From: an uncultured Nitrospinaceae bacterium
GTDB taxonomy: Bacteria; UBA8248
NCBI GenBank assembly: GCA_964005815.1
Contig: CAXFSR010000003.1
Coordinates: forward strand, 1 to 59,213
Length of the DNA: 59,213 bases
Direction: 5' to 3'
Positions 40,228-50,704 of this stretch are shown here, piece after piece. Both the position numbers and the translations under genes were made by a program. Numbering within the stretch: position 1 is the first letter of the stretch; every line of letters begins with the position of its first letter. The notes beneath the pieces were generated by a model. That model saw nothing but the letters and a program-made list of their open reading frames with translations. It was not told the DNA's origin and made no database searches.

Positions 40228-42033
40228 TTAATGTTTTTTTAGAGATAGTTTTTTTCGATTTTTTTCTGTTTCAATAAAATCAATTTCAAATTTACTATTT
40301 AAAACTACACCGTAAATTTCTTTTGCCCGTCTTCTTGATATCCATTTTTCTATAACGTCTTTTTGTACTTTTTCTACTGGACGATCCCAAGGGTATCCAT
40401 ATCCCCCACCCCCAGTGCAATAAGACGCTATTGTTTCTCCATCCTTAAGGATTATGTCGGCACAAGCAGGCAACTTTTCTTTTTGCCCATTTTTTTTGAG
40501 CAAATAATTTTTTGATGCTGCTCCATGAAGACCACCTAATGTACCTTTTGCTGGATTAAACGCTCCATCGGAAACGTATGCTACTTCAATATCTCCACCA
40601 CCAATGGGGCTATACTCACAATATCCAGAGGGAGAACCAATCGTTCTTCCTGCTCCCTCGGAATCCGAGACTAGTTTTCTGGTTTTGACAAGGATTGGAA
40701 AATGCAATTCATCTAATTCTATACTGTCCACAAAACACATACCAGAGTTTCCGGCATGTAGAATTGTCAGCCAAGAATCTGTTTTAGCAGCCGCAGCACC
40801 TCCGGTGACCATTAAAAAAAGATGATTTACAAAAGGTTCATTATTATTTCTTGGATCTAAGCCTGAAACAACACCCATAGAAGCAGGAAAGATTGCACCG
40901 CATTCAGCTAACCCAATACCATCCTTGATTTTCGAAAAAGCTCTTTGTACTGGATTGGTCACACGGTCTGCTAAGTTAGTAGTAGCAACCGACATACTTA
41001 CAGGATGTTTGCCACCACCTACAACGCAACCTTCTCTGATGTGAACTCTTATTCTTCGGAAACTTCCAGCATTAGTGGGTACTGAGTCTTCAATACTGTT
41101 GAAAATTCCAATCATAGCTCCTGTTCTAGCGCATCCTTCACTTAAATTGAGTCCGCAAGGCATAACATCGGGATTATCTTTCAAATCAACGTCTATCATT
41201 GCATTTTTAGAATCAATTTTTACTTTTACTTTTACTTCAATACCATTTTTAGGGGTACCTGGGACTGGATCATGAGTACTCTTAGCTTGAGAAGAACCGG
41301 TAGGTAATTTTTTGATGGCAGAAATCATTCTCTTTTCGCTATAGTTAAACCACTCGTCGGTAAATTTATGAAGAGTTTTCCATCCGTACTCTTTAGAAAT
41401 TTCAATAATTTCTCTTTCCCCTATTCTGGCTGCCCCGATCATTGCTAAATAATCACCGTGCCACTGCTCAGGAACACGAATTCTCATTTTACAAAGCCTA
41501 ATTATATCTTCGATATCTCTAAAGTTTTCTTGGACCTTTGTTGGAGGAAAAATTAGAGCACCTTCTTCGTAAACATCTCTAGCATGACCCATATAAGTTG
41601 TGGGTTGTCCGTTACCGCAGTCAGCTTGATGGGCTTTTACCCAGACTGTGAAATGGTGTTTCCCTTTCTCGTCTATAACAGGAACTAGAATTGTATGATC
41701 TGCAGGATGAGAGCAACCATGATAAGGAGAATTGTGTAGGAAAGCATCTCCTCTCTTAAGTTTTGGGTGCATTTCTAACAAAGATTTTGCCATTAAATCT
41801 GCGCCGCTTAAATGATGTATTGGTAAAGATTCAGCTCCTGTTAACAAAAAACAGTCATTGGTAACGATACTTGTAGAAAAATCTCTTGCTAAATTTAGAA
41901 CCCCGGATCGTCCAGTTCTTAAAAGAGTATTTGCCATTTTAGATGTAACTGCCTCAAAACGTTTGCTTAGTACAGCTAGTGTTAAAGGGTCAAATTTCTT
42001 TATATTTATTTTTTTTTCATTTCTAATTTTCAT
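40228..42033 (-). CDS. Hydantoinase B / 5-oxoprolinase family subunit
   Basis: ARDFS, HNSPYHGCSHPAD, KAHQADCG, EEG, GGGGYGYP. Confidence 0.92.
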   Translation of the reverse strand: MKIRNEKKINIKKFDPLTLAVLSKRFEAVTSKMANTLLRTGRSGVLNLARDFSTSIVTNDCFLLTGAESLPIHHLSGADLMAKSLLEMHPKLKRGDAFLHNSPYHGCSHPADHTILVPVIDEKGKHHFTVWVKAHQADCGNGQPTTYMGHARDVYEEGALIFPPTKVQENFRDIEDIIRLCKMRIRVPEQWHGDYLAMIGAARIGEREIIEISKEYGWKTLHKFTDEWFNYSEKRMISAIKKLPTGSSQAKSTHDPVPGTPKNGIEVKVKVKIDSKNAMIDVDLKDNPDVMPCGLNLSEGCARTGAMIGIFNSIEDSVPTNAGSFRRIRVHIREGCVVGGGKHPVSMSVATTNLADRVTNPVQRAFSKIKDGIGLAECGAIFPASMGVVSGLDPRNNNEPFVNHLFLMVTGGAAAAKTDSWLTILHAGNSGMCFVDSIELDELHFPILVKTRKLVSDSEGAGRTIGSPSGYCEYSPIGGGDIEVAYVSDGAFNPAKGTLGGLHGAASKNYLLKKNGQKEKLPACADIILKDGETIASYCTGGGGYGYPWDRPVEKVQKDVIEKWISRRRAKEIYGVVLNSKFEIDFIETEKNRKKLSLKKH

Positions 42034-42066
42034 TTAATTTCCTAATTTTTCTTTTTCTTATTTGAA

Positions 42067-44133
42067 CTAAAAATTAATTTTAAGACTACCTCTGTTTGTT
42101 CTTGTCGCTTTTGAACCTATATCAAGTACGATAGTAGTAAATGGTGATTCGATTATTGCGGGACCTTTTACTGTATGATTCTTCATAATATCTTCAAGTT
42201 TTATTACTGGAACCTGCAACAGTCCTTTTTTGTCAAAAAAAGCTTTTCTTTTCTTAGAGATATGACTTTTAGAAAATTTATGCTCTTTAATTTTCCCAAT
42301 TGGTCTTGACCGAATTTTACAATTAACGGTTGAACGCCAACCAATAAATTCTATTGGGGAATTTGGATCACTAAATGCAAAAATATTCTCATGAGACTTG
42401 TCAAAATCTTTGCGGAATTTTTCAACTGACTGTTTTGTTTTTAAGAGATTTTTCGTAATTGGCAAATCAATCTCCCAAACTTGGCTTTTATATCGGGCTT
42501 CAACCCAAAATTCTATTTTATAATCCAGGTGACTTTCTGCAGTTCCTTTAATGAATTTTTCAGCTTTTATTTTTAATTTTTTTAAAGTTCGTTGTGCCCC
42601 TTTAAAATCAAAGTTGTTACTTGAAGTAAAAAACAATGCCCTAAAATCCGCGTGCAGTTCTGACATAATTGCACCGGTCGCTGAGAGCACTGAACCAGTT
42701 TCTGGAATTATAAGTTCCTTGCAACCGAGTCTTCTTGCAATTGCGACGGAGTTAAGCCCTGCAGCACCACCACCTCCAATTAAAACTGAATTCCGAGGGT
42801 CGATTCCTTGATGTACAGTAATCTCTTCTATTGCACTAACCATATTTTCGGTAGCAAGATGAAGAATTGCTTTTGCCCCTTCATTCAGCTTTATTTTTAA
42901 GGGTTTACAAATGTGTTCATTTATAGATTTTTTTGCTTTTGAGAAATCTAGTTTCATTTTCCCGCCAAGAAAATAATCTGCATCTATATAACCTAAAATC
43001 AAGCAGGCATCGGTAACAGTAGGGAAAATACCACCTTTCCCATAACATGCAGGACCCGGATTTGCGCCCGCACTTTTAGGACCTACGTGGAGAAGTCCTC
43101 CTTCGTCAACCCAAGCGATACTCCCACCTCCAGCGCCAATACTTTTCACATCAACAGAAGAAAAGCCGAGGATATTACCTTGATATTTTTCTCCAAGCCA
43201 AGTTTCAGGTGTCATTGGAATTTCGCCATTTCTCACTAAACTTACATCGTAGGTTGTTCCTCCAGTATCAGCGATAATTGCAGTGCTTGATTTTGAATCT
43301 ATTTTTGCAAAATAGCGTCCAGCAATAGGGGCCATAGCAGGACCAGAGCCTACAGTATGAATAGGGGCTTCTGCTATTTCTTTATAATCCATAACTCCGC
43401 CCTTAGAAGTTAGCATAAGCATTCTTCCCTGAAATCCTCTTTCTTTTAAATTATCTTGGAGATTTAAAATATATTCAGTCATTAAAGGTTTTAGAGATGC
43501 ATCTATGCAAGTGGATGAAGCTCTTCTATATTCTCTTAAAACAGGATTTAATTCATGGGACAAGGTAAAAGGTATTTTTGGCAATTCAATGTTTAAAATT
43601 TCACCAATTCTTTTTTCATGTATTGGATTTACCGTAGACCAAAGCAAACAAACTGCAATTGACTCGATTTCTTTCTTCTTAATATAGTTGATTACTTTTT
43701 GAAGTGAATTTTTGCTTAAAGGAGTAATTATTTTTCCTTGAGCACTTATTCTTTCTGTTACTTCAAATGTTAAAGATCTTGGAATATACGGTTGAGGAAA
43801 TGGGACCGAAAAATTAAAAGGGTCAGTTCTTCCGCCTTCTCGAAGAACAAGGATATCCGGATGACCAAGAGTTGTCAGGAAAGCGGTTTTTGCAGTTCCA
43901 GATGTGACTATCGCATTTGTAGCCCTAGTTGTCCCATGCAAAAGAAATTCTCCTTTTGACAAGAGATCAAATGTTGAAATTGAAAAATGTTCCGATGCTT
44001 TATCAAATGCAGATAAAATACCTTTTACTGGATTATTAGGTGTAGTTGGAGATTTGAAAATATGAAGTTTCCCTTTGGAATCTTCTATTACTAAATCCGT
44101 AAATGTTCCACCTGTATCGACAGCAAAACGCAA
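42067..44133 (-). CDS. Hydantoinase A / 5-oxoprolinase family subunit
   Basis: VDTGGTFTD, HGTTRATNA, SGPA, DTGGTTYDV, GAGGGSIA, SAGANPGPACYG. Confidence 0.93.
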   Translation of the reverse strand: MRFAVDTGGTFTDLVIEDSKGKLHIFKSPTTPNNPVKGILSAFDKASEHFSISTFDLLSKGEFLLHGTTRATNAIVTSGTAKTAFLTTLGHPDILVLREGGRTDPFNFSVPFPQPYIPRSLTFEVTERISAQGKIITPLSKNSLQKVINYIKKKEIESIAVCLLWSTVNPIHEKRIGEILNIELPKIPFTLSHELNPVLREYRRASSTCIDASLKPLMTEYILNLQDNLKERGFQGRMLMLTSKGGVMDYKEIAEAPIHTVGSGPAMAPIAGRYFAKIDSKSSTAIIADTGGTTYDVSLVRNGEIPMTPETWLGEKYQGNILGFSSVDVKSIGAGGGSIAWVDEGGLLHVGPKSAGANPGPACYGKGGIFPTVTDACLILGYIDADYFLGGKMKLDFSKAKKSINEHICKPLKIKLNEGAKAILHLATENMVSAIEEITVHQGIDPRNSVLIGGGGAAGLNSVAIARRLGCKELIIPETGSVLSATGAIMSELHADFRALFFTSSNNFDFKGAQRTLKKLKIKAEKFIKGTAESHLDYKIEFWVEARYKSQVWEIDLPITKNLLKTKQSVEKFRKDFDKSHENIFAFSDPNSPIEFIGWRSTVNCKIRSRPIGKIKEHKFSKSHISKKRKAFFDKKGLLQVPVIKLEDIMKNHTVKGPAIIESPFTTIVLDIGSKATRTNRGSLKINF

Positions 44134-44313
44134 TTTCTAGTCCTTTAATCGATTATATTAAATTTTTTAAGTATATTTTAACATGATAATACTGCATTTA
44201 TAAAAAATTATCTCTTGGTCTTTTTTGTAATTAAATTTATATATAATTCAAGTAATATTGAAGCATGATTTTATTTGTTTTTTTTATATTTTATTAAATT
44301 AAAAAGGATTGAA

Positions 44314-46809
44314 ATGTTTTTTCCTGAGCCGTTAAAAGTAGAAGAACTTTTTTCAAACTATGACACAGGATTTTTACCTTCAGATTCAGAAATAAGAGAA
44401 TCTGAAGGTAAATTAATAGGTCAGGAACGAGCCGAAAAGGCTCTTTCATTTGGTTTAGAGATGAGTTCCTCTGAATTTAATGTTTTTGTTGCAGGAATTC
44501 CAGGGACTGGGCGTCATACGATGTGTGAAGAATTTTGTAAACGAGTAGCTAAAAATCGCCCTGCTCCCAATTCAATTGTTTTTGTTCATAATTTTTCTGA
44601 TTCAGATCGCCCTATATGGCTAAAATTTCAAGCTGGTTTAGGCCGAACTTTTCAAAGTGACATGCTAGCTTTGATTTCTGAATTGCAGGAAGTGATTCCA
44701 AAGGCATTTGAGGAGAAATCTAAGGACGAGGAAAGAAAGGAACTGATAGATTCTCTTCAAAAAAAACAACGTTCTTTAATGAGTGATTTAGAAAGTAAAG
44801 CTAAAGAATTGGGTTTTGCAATAAAAATCGGTCAAGGAAATTTCACAGTGATTCCGTTAATAAATGGTGAATCAGCAACAGATGAGGTGCTTGAAGAACT
44901 ATCGGAAGAGGAAAAAGAAAGAATTAATAATGATCGTGATAAATTTTATGCTGAAGATATTGACGAGTTTGTCCGACAATCCAGAGAATTAGAAAAAGAG
45001 ATTAGAGAAAAATTGCGAGATCTTGAGCAAGAGGTCGCTCTTACGGTTGTCCGTGTGCCGATGGATGATTTGCGTGACAAATACAGAGATTTTTCTAAAG
45101 TTTTGGAATATTTAAATAGAGTACAAGAACATATTCTAGAAAATCTCTCTCCTTTTTTACCTTCAGAAGGAACAGATTCATCTAATCAATTTTCTCCTTT
45201 TTCAGGAAAGGCTCAAGACGAGAACCCTTTTAGTGTTTATGAAGTTAATTGTGTTGTAGATAATGCTGAACTTCAGAGTTCTCCTGTAATTTATGAACCA
45301 AATCCTAATTTTACGAATCTGTTTGGTCGTGTTGAGAGACGTGCAGTCTTTGGGACATATACGACTGATTTTACACTAATTCGGGCAGGGTCTATGATTT
45401 CTGCTAACGGAGGATTCTTGATTTTAGATCTCCTAGATACATTAACTAATCCGGGAGTTTGGCCTGCACTTAAAAGAGTTTTAAGGAATAAAAGTGTTAG
45501 AATTGAAGATTTAGGAGAGACCTACGGATGGTCTACTGGTGGAATAAAACCTGAGCCTGTTCCAGTTGAAGTAAAGGTTATTTTAGTCGGAAGTCCAGTG
45601 CACTATGAATTACTTTTACAATACGATGAAGATTTTGGAAGACTTTTTAAGGTGAAAGCTGACTTTAGTGAATCTATAGATAGTGATCACCATACGATTA
45701 GGGACTATCAGGTTTTCATTGAATTTCATCGACAAAAAAACGATTTGCTCCCTTTTACCGAAGAAGCAATTTCTCGTGTTCTTCAGGAAAGTTCTCGATT
45801 TGTTTCAGATAAAGGAAAGCTTTCGACTCGTTTTGGTGATATTCGAGAACTTATTATTGAGGCAGACCATTGGGCTAGACAAGAAGGCGCAACTCAGGTT
45901 GATAGGTTACAAATACAACGTGCGGTAGAAGAAAAAAGATTTCGTTCGGATCTTCTTGATGATCGTTTAAGGAAACAAATTGTAGAGGGGACTCTTCTTA
46001 TTGATGTAGATGGTAAATCTGTTGGTCAAGTAAATGGTCTTGCTGTTTTAAGTTTGGGTGATTATAGCTTTGGTAAACCGTGTCGTATTACTGCACAGAC
46101 TTTTATGGGAGAGCAAGGGGTTATAAATATTGAGAGAGAAAGTAAATTGTCAGGTAATATTCATGATAAAGGAGTCTTGATTTTACAAGGATATATGGGT
46201 GGTCAATACGCCCAAAAGAATCCCTTAACACTGTCTGCAAGTATTTGTTTTGAGCAAAGCTATTCAGGAATTGATGGAGATAGTGCTTCATCCACAGAAT
46301 TATACGCTATCTTAAGTAGTCTTTCAGATCTGCCTATAAATCAGGGATTAGCCGTAACTGGTTCTGTCAATCAAAGAGGAGAGATTCAACCAATAGGTGG
46401 AGTTAATGAAAAGATTGAGGGATTTTTTGAGATATGTAAGGAAAAGAAGATTTTAAATGGAGAACAAGGAGTTTTAATCCCGATACAAAATGTCAAGAAC
46501 TTAGTATTGAAAGAAGAGGTGATTCAAGCCGTAAAGGAAGGGAACTTTAAAATCTATCCTATAAAAAATATTAATGAAGGTATTTCGATTTTAACTGGGA
46601 GAGAAGCAGGTGTAAGAGATAAAGTAACTGGCGAATTTCCTGAAGAGAGCGTTCATGGAAGAGTGCAATCTAAGCTTGATCAGATGTTTGAGAATTTAAC
46701 GAATTTACGCAGAAACGACGAAAAAGAAGAGATTGATGATAACTTGCCTTTACCTAAAGAATCCCCACCAGCACCTAGCGAACCACCAGTTCCACCTCCA
46801 ACAAATTAG
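44314..46809 (+). CDS. Lon-like protease (LonC-type: AAA-like module, coiled insert, Lon C-terminal domain)
   Basis: GQERA, GIPGTGRHT, ANGGFLILD, FEQSYSGIDGDSAS (Ser), GGVNEKIEGFF (Lys). AAGGA RBS before ATG 44314. Confidence 0.9.
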   Translation: MFFPEPLKVEELFSNYDTGFLPSDSEIRESEGKLIGQERAEKALSFGLEMSSSEFNVFVAGIPGTGRHTMCEEFCKRVAKNRPAPNSIVFVHNFSDSDRPIWLKFQAGLGRTFQSDMLALISELQEVIPKAFEEKSKDEERKELIDSLQKKQRSLMSDLESKAKELGFAIKIGQGNFTVIPLINGESATDEVLEELSEEEKERINNDRDKFYAEDIDEFVRQSRELEKEIREKLRDLEQEVALTVVRVPMDDLRDKYRDFSKVLEYLNRVQEHILENLSPFLPSEGTDSSNQFSPFSGKAQDENPFSVYEVNCVVDNAELQSSPVIYEPNPNFTNLFGRVERRAVFGTYTTDFTLIRAGSMISANGGFLILDLLDTLTNPGVWPALKRVLRNKSVRIEDLGETYGWSTGGIKPEPVPVEVKVILVGSPVHYELLLQYDEDFGRLFKVKADFSESIDSDHHTIRDYQVFIEFHRQKNDLLPFTEEAISRVLQESSRFVSDKGKLSTRFGDIRELIIEADHWARQEGATQVDRLQIQRAVEEKRFRSDLLDDRLRKQIVEGTLLIDVDGKSVGQVNGLAVLSLGDYSFGKPCRITAQTFMGEQGVINIERESKLSGNIHDKGVLILQGYMGGQYAQKNPLTLSASICFEQSYSGIDGDSASSTELYAILSSLSDLPINQGLAVTGSVNQRGEIQPIGGVNEKIEGFFEICKEKKILNGEQGVLIPIQNVKNLVLKEEVIQAVKEGNFKIYPIKNINEGISILTGREAGVRDKVTGEFPEESVHGRVQSKLDQMFENLTNLRRNDEKEEIDDNLPLPKESPPAPSEPPVPPPTN

Positions 46810-46821
46810 TCGTTAATTTAT

Positions 46822-47496
46822 TTAACGTATGTCTTCGTAAAATTTGGATAGTTTTTCCTCTGAAAAACCGACTAAATATAGAAGACTTAACCCCCACCAG
46901 ATATAAAGTGTTTTTATTTTACCCCAGGATTTTATTCTTCTGGAACTAGTAGAAATTCTATTCTTAATAATTTTTATTTTTCCATGTTTTTTCATTCGTG
47001 AACTAAAATTCCAATCTTCAAAAAGAGGGAGGTCTCTATATCCGTCCATTTTGTCGAAAATTGATTTTCTTATAAAAATCGCTTGATCACCAAAAAAAAT
47101 ATGAGATGTAAAAGTTCGAATATTTGCGCTTAGACTAATCATTCTGCAAAAAAAATTGTTTGTGTCAAAACTGTGGAGGAAGCCTCCACCTATGATTTCG
47201 TTATCTTTAAAAGCAATTTCTATTTCCTGAAGAGCTTCTGGAGGTAATGTGGTATCACAATGAAGAAAAAGTAAAATTTCTCCTTCTGAAAGAAATGCTC
47301 CTTTATTCATTTGTTTACCTCTTCCTGTAGTCTCAAAAAAAATTTTTGCATTATTTCCTATAATTTTTTTTGGATTATCTTTACTTCCACCGTCAACAAA
47401 AATAATTTCTTTTTCCCCTTTCAGTTTTTTTAATTTTTCGATACACGTTTTTATATTTGATGCTTCATTTAAAATTGGTACTATTATTGATATCAA
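46822..47496 (-). CDS. GT2 glycosyltransferase, TIGR04283-like
   Basis: SIIVPILNE, VDGGSKD, GRGKQMNKGA, LFLHCDT, FGDQAIF, LFED, TSSRR. Confidence 0.85.
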   Translation of the reverse strand: MISIIVPILNEASNIKTCIEKLKKLKGEKEIIFVDGGSKDNPKKIIGNNAKIFFETTGRGKQMNKGAFLSEGEILLFLHCDTTLPPEALQEIEIAFKDNEIIGGGFLHSFDTNNFFCRMISLSANIRTFTSHIFFGDQAIFIRKSIFDKMDGYRDLPLFEDWNFSSRMKKHGKIKIIKNRISTSSRRIKSWGKIKTLYIWWGLSLLYLVGFSEEKLSKFYEDIR

Positions 47497-47536
47497 GTGT
47501 TAGAAATCCTCATAATTGTAAAGTTTTGGAGAAGTT

Positions 47537-48430
47537 TTGAAATATATTTTGGCTACTTTGAGTTTAACGTTTATTTTTTTTGTGACTTCTGCAGTTGATG
47601 CAGTTGAAAAAAAAGAAAGTAGTATTTCGCGTCTTTCAAATCTTGTCTCGCATTTAAAAAAATTCAATGAGCCTTATCAATGGTTATTAGTGAGGAAGTT
47701 ATATTCTTCTAATAACAACATCCAAGAAGTTTTCTTTTCTACATGTCTTGGAAAAAGAAGTAATTTTCTTCCAAAGGTTCCTTATGGGCTCTTTAAAAAA
47801 TTTCTTTTTGATATTTATTTTGTTCCTTTAAATATGGATTTAGATAATAATTTAGAAACTTTAGTTATTATCAAATCTTATCCTATAAAGGTTAAAAGTA
47901 AATTCCCTAAAAAAATTAATTATATGACATTTTGTTTATTAGATGACAAAAAGAATCAAAGAAGACCTCTTTCCTCACATTTTGCGGAGAGTATTAATAC
48001 AGTATCCAGTTTTCAAATAACAGATTTAACTGGAGACGGAAGAAGTGAGATTATAGTTCATACAAATGAAATTGATGGATTAGGGAAAGAATATAGTTTT
48101 GTGAGAATTTTAAAATTAAATAAAGAAAAACTCTTAAGAGGTATTTGGTCATCTAAACTTAAAGAAGAAAAAGTTTTTATAAAATCCGAGTTTCAGAAAA
48201 GTACAAAAACATTTAGAAAAATTAGATTTATCAAAGTTCTTCAATTTAATTTTCAGACATTAAAAGGTCCTACAGAAATAATCATGAAAGGGAGAAAAGA
48301 AATTGAAGAAACGACGATTGGATTGAAAAATGGAAGAAGTGTAACAACGACTACATTCAAAAAAATCCCTTTCGAGAACAAGTGGTTTTGGGATAAGAAG
48401 AAATTTCGTTATTTTTTGTTAAATAGATAA
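47537..48430 (+). CDS. Hypothetical exported protein
   Basis: Signal peptide; DLTGDGRSEII FG-GAP/EF-like motif; otherwise unrecognised. Confidence 0.6.
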   Translation: MKYILATLSLTFIFFVTSAVDAVEKKESSISRLSNLVSHLKKFNEPYQWLLVRKLYSSNNNIQEVFFSTCLGKRSNFLPKVPYGLFKKFLFDIYFVPLNMDLDNNLETLVIIKSYPIKVKSKFPKKINYMTFCLLDDKKNQRRPLSSHFAESINTVSSFQITDLTGDGRSEIIVHTNEIDGLGKEYSFVRILKLNKEKLLRGIWSSKLKEEKVFIKSEFQKSTKTFRKIRFIKVLQFNFQTLKGPTEIIMKGRKEIEETTIGLKNGRSVTTTTFKKIPFENKWFWDKKKFRYFLLNR

Positions 48431-48462
48431 ACGAACATCAATTAATTGATTGGAATTAAATT

Positions 48463-50001
48463 ATGGAATTAAATCCTTTAGTTATGCTCATAATTTTAGA
48501 TGGGTGGGGTTTAAGTGAAGAAATTCAAAACAATGCAATTGCATTGGCAAAAACTCCAATAATTGATGAGCTTTTTGAAACAAATCCATGGACAAAAATA
48601 AAAACATCAGGGTTATCGGTTGGATTGCCAGATGGTCAAATGGGAAATTCTGAAGTAGGACATTTAAATTTAGGTTCCGGTCGAATAGTAAATCAAGATA
48701 TTGTTAGGATAAATTCTTCTATTGAGGAAAATTCTTTACATTCTAATTCTATTTTATTGAATGCCTTTCAAAAGATTTCTTCGACTAATTCTTCTCTTCA
48801 TTTAATTGGTTTGGTTTCAGATGGAGGTGTACATAGCATACAAGACCATGGCCTTTCGATAGCAAAAATCGCAAAAAAAAGAGGAATAAAAAATATCTTT
48901 GTACATGCATTTACTGATGGAAGAGATACTCCTCCAAAATCAGGGATAGAATTTATTCAAAAATTTCAATCTACTCTAAAAAAAGAATCAGGGGGTAAAT
49001 TAGCTAGTTTAATTGGTAGATACTATTCTATGGATAGAGATCTTAGATGGGAACGTACTAGGCGTTGTTATGAGCTTTTGGTTGAAGGGAAAGGAAAAGA
49101 GACAGAGAATATTCTCGAATCAATTTCAAGTTCTTATAATGAAGGTGTAACTGATGAATTTTTAGAGCCTTACCTTATTTTAGAAAATTCCAAACCTGTC
49201 GGAATCATTAAAGATAATGACTTAGTTATTTCTTTTAACTTTCGTTCCGATAGGATGCGGCAACTTACAAAAGCTCTAACTGATCCAGTTTTTGACAATT
49301 TTAAAACTCAAAAAAAGCCGATCATTGATTATATTTGTATGACTGAATATAACCCAGAATTTGAACTTCCGGTTTTATTTCCACCCCAAAAAATGGAAGG
49401 TCTTTTTTGTCATATTTTAGAAGGTGCAGGTAAAAAATGTCTGAGAATTGCAGAAACAGAAAAATATCCACATGTAACCTATTTTTTTAATGGTGGAATT
49501 GAAAAACCTTGCGAGGGAGAAAAACGCAAAATGATTCCATCTCCTAAAGTAGATACATACGATCTAATGCCTGACATGAGCGCTGATGGAGTTACGGATG
49601 CTGTGATAGACGCAATTTTATCGAATGAATTTGATTGTATTGTTTTAAATTTTGCTAATCCTGACATGGTTGGACATACAGGTGATAAAAACGCCGTAAT
49701 TAAAGCAGTTGAAAAGGTAGATAAGAGCTTAGGAAGAATTTTACATATTCTTAAGAAAGTCAATGGAACCGCACTTATAACTTCCGATCATGGAAATTGT
49801 GAGAAATTGTGGGATATAGAGTCTAACAGTCCACATACATCACATACAACAAATGATACTCCTTGTATCCTCATTTCAAGAGATAATAGTCGAACTTTAA
49901 GGGATGGAGGTTCATTATGTGATATTGCGCCAACAGTTTTGAGTTTAATGGGATTAAGCAAATCTTCAGCAATGACAGGGGAAAATTTAATTCTAACTTA
50001 G
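48463..50001 (+). CDS. gpmI: 2,3-bisphosphoglycerate-independent phosphoglycerate mutase
   Basis: ILDGWG, GQMGNSEVGH, SDGGVHS, DGRDT, AETEKYPHVT, NPDMVGHTG, SDHGN. Confidence 0.98.
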   Translation: MELNPLVMLIILDGWGLSEEIQNNAIALAKTPIIDELFETNPWTKIKTSGLSVGLPDGQMGNSEVGHLNLGSGRIVNQDIVRINSSIEENSLHSNSILLNAFQKISSTNSSLHLIGLVSDGGVHSIQDHGLSIAKIAKKRGIKNIFVHAFTDGRDTPPKSGIEFIQKFQSTLKKESGGKLASLIGRYYSMDRDLRWERTRRCYELLVEGKGKETENILESISSSYNEGVTDEFLEPYLILENSKPVGIIKDNDLVISFNFRSDRMRQLTKALTDPVFDNFKTQKKPIIDYICMTEYNPEFELPVLFPPQKMEGLFCHILEGAGKKCLRIAETEKYPHVTYFFNGGIEKPCEGEKRKMIPSPKVDTYDLMPDMSADGVTDAVIDAILSNEFDCIVLNFANPDMVGHTGDKNAVIKAVEKVDKSLGRILHILKKVNGTALITSDHGNCEKLWDIESNSPHTSHTTNDTPCILISRDNSRTLRDGGSLCDIAPTVLSLMGLSKSSAMTGENLILT

Positions 50002-50023
50002 TAATTTTTTGTACGAGGGGAAA

Positions 50024-50605
50024 ATGTTTTTTGATTTTGTGAAAAATTTTTTTGTAAACTCTAAAAAAGAATCAATTGAAAAAAATCTTTTTTCATTACC
50101 GGTAGTTGAAACGGTTTTTTTTTCGGAAGAAGAGTTAGCAAAAATATTAAAAGAGCATTCAATTTGGTTAAAGTCAAGTGGATCTTTTGGGACAAGGGCT
50201 TCATTTAATGGAATGATAATCCCATCTCTAAATTTTTTTATGGCGGACTTAAAAAAAGCTGATTTTGAAGGATCAGACCTTAGTAAATCCCAGTTTCAGT
50301 GGGCTGATTTAAGTGGTGCAGATTTTACAGGAGCAAATCTTCAAGATGTTGACTTTTTTCAATCTAATTTGAAAAAAGTTTCTTTTAGAAATGCAAATTT
50401 AACTGGAGCAAATTTGATGTCTGTAGAAGCAAGTGAAGCTGATTTTGGAAATGCAAATTTGTCAAAGGCTGATCTTAGATCCGCAAGATGCAATAATGCA
50501 CTTTTTTTTAGAACTGATTTAAAAGACGCAAAACTAGATTCTGGAGAATTTAATGGTGTGGATTTTTCATCCACTTTAAATTTTACTAATAAATTATCTC
50601 GTTAG
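50024..50605 (+). CDS. Pentapeptide repeat protein
   Basis: H..WL.S.G..G.RA N-terminus followed by tandem A(D/N)LXX repeats; GAGGGG RBS. Confidence 0.88.
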   Translation: MFFDFVKNFFVNSKKESIEKNLFSLPVVETVFFSEEELAKILKEHSIWLKSSGSFGTRASFNGMIIPSLNFFMADLKKADFEGSDLSKSQFQWADLSGADFTGANLQDVDFFQSNLKKVSFRNANLTGANLMSVEASEADFGNANLSKADLRSARCNNALFFRTDLKDAKLDSGEFNGVDFSSTLNFTNKLSR

Positions 50606-50704
50606 ATTTAAATAAATCAAAATCTTTTTTTTAATAGTTTTTCTTCCATTTTATGTTTAAACTGCAGATTCTTTTTAAGTTCATTTTTTTTAAGGAGTGC
50701 TTTT

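Noticed and set aside
50024..50605. Repetitive DNA (e.g. AATGCAAATTT recurring) as a CRISPR or repeat array
   Set aside because: Explained by pentapeptide-repeat coding; there is no repeat-spacer structure and no cas genes.
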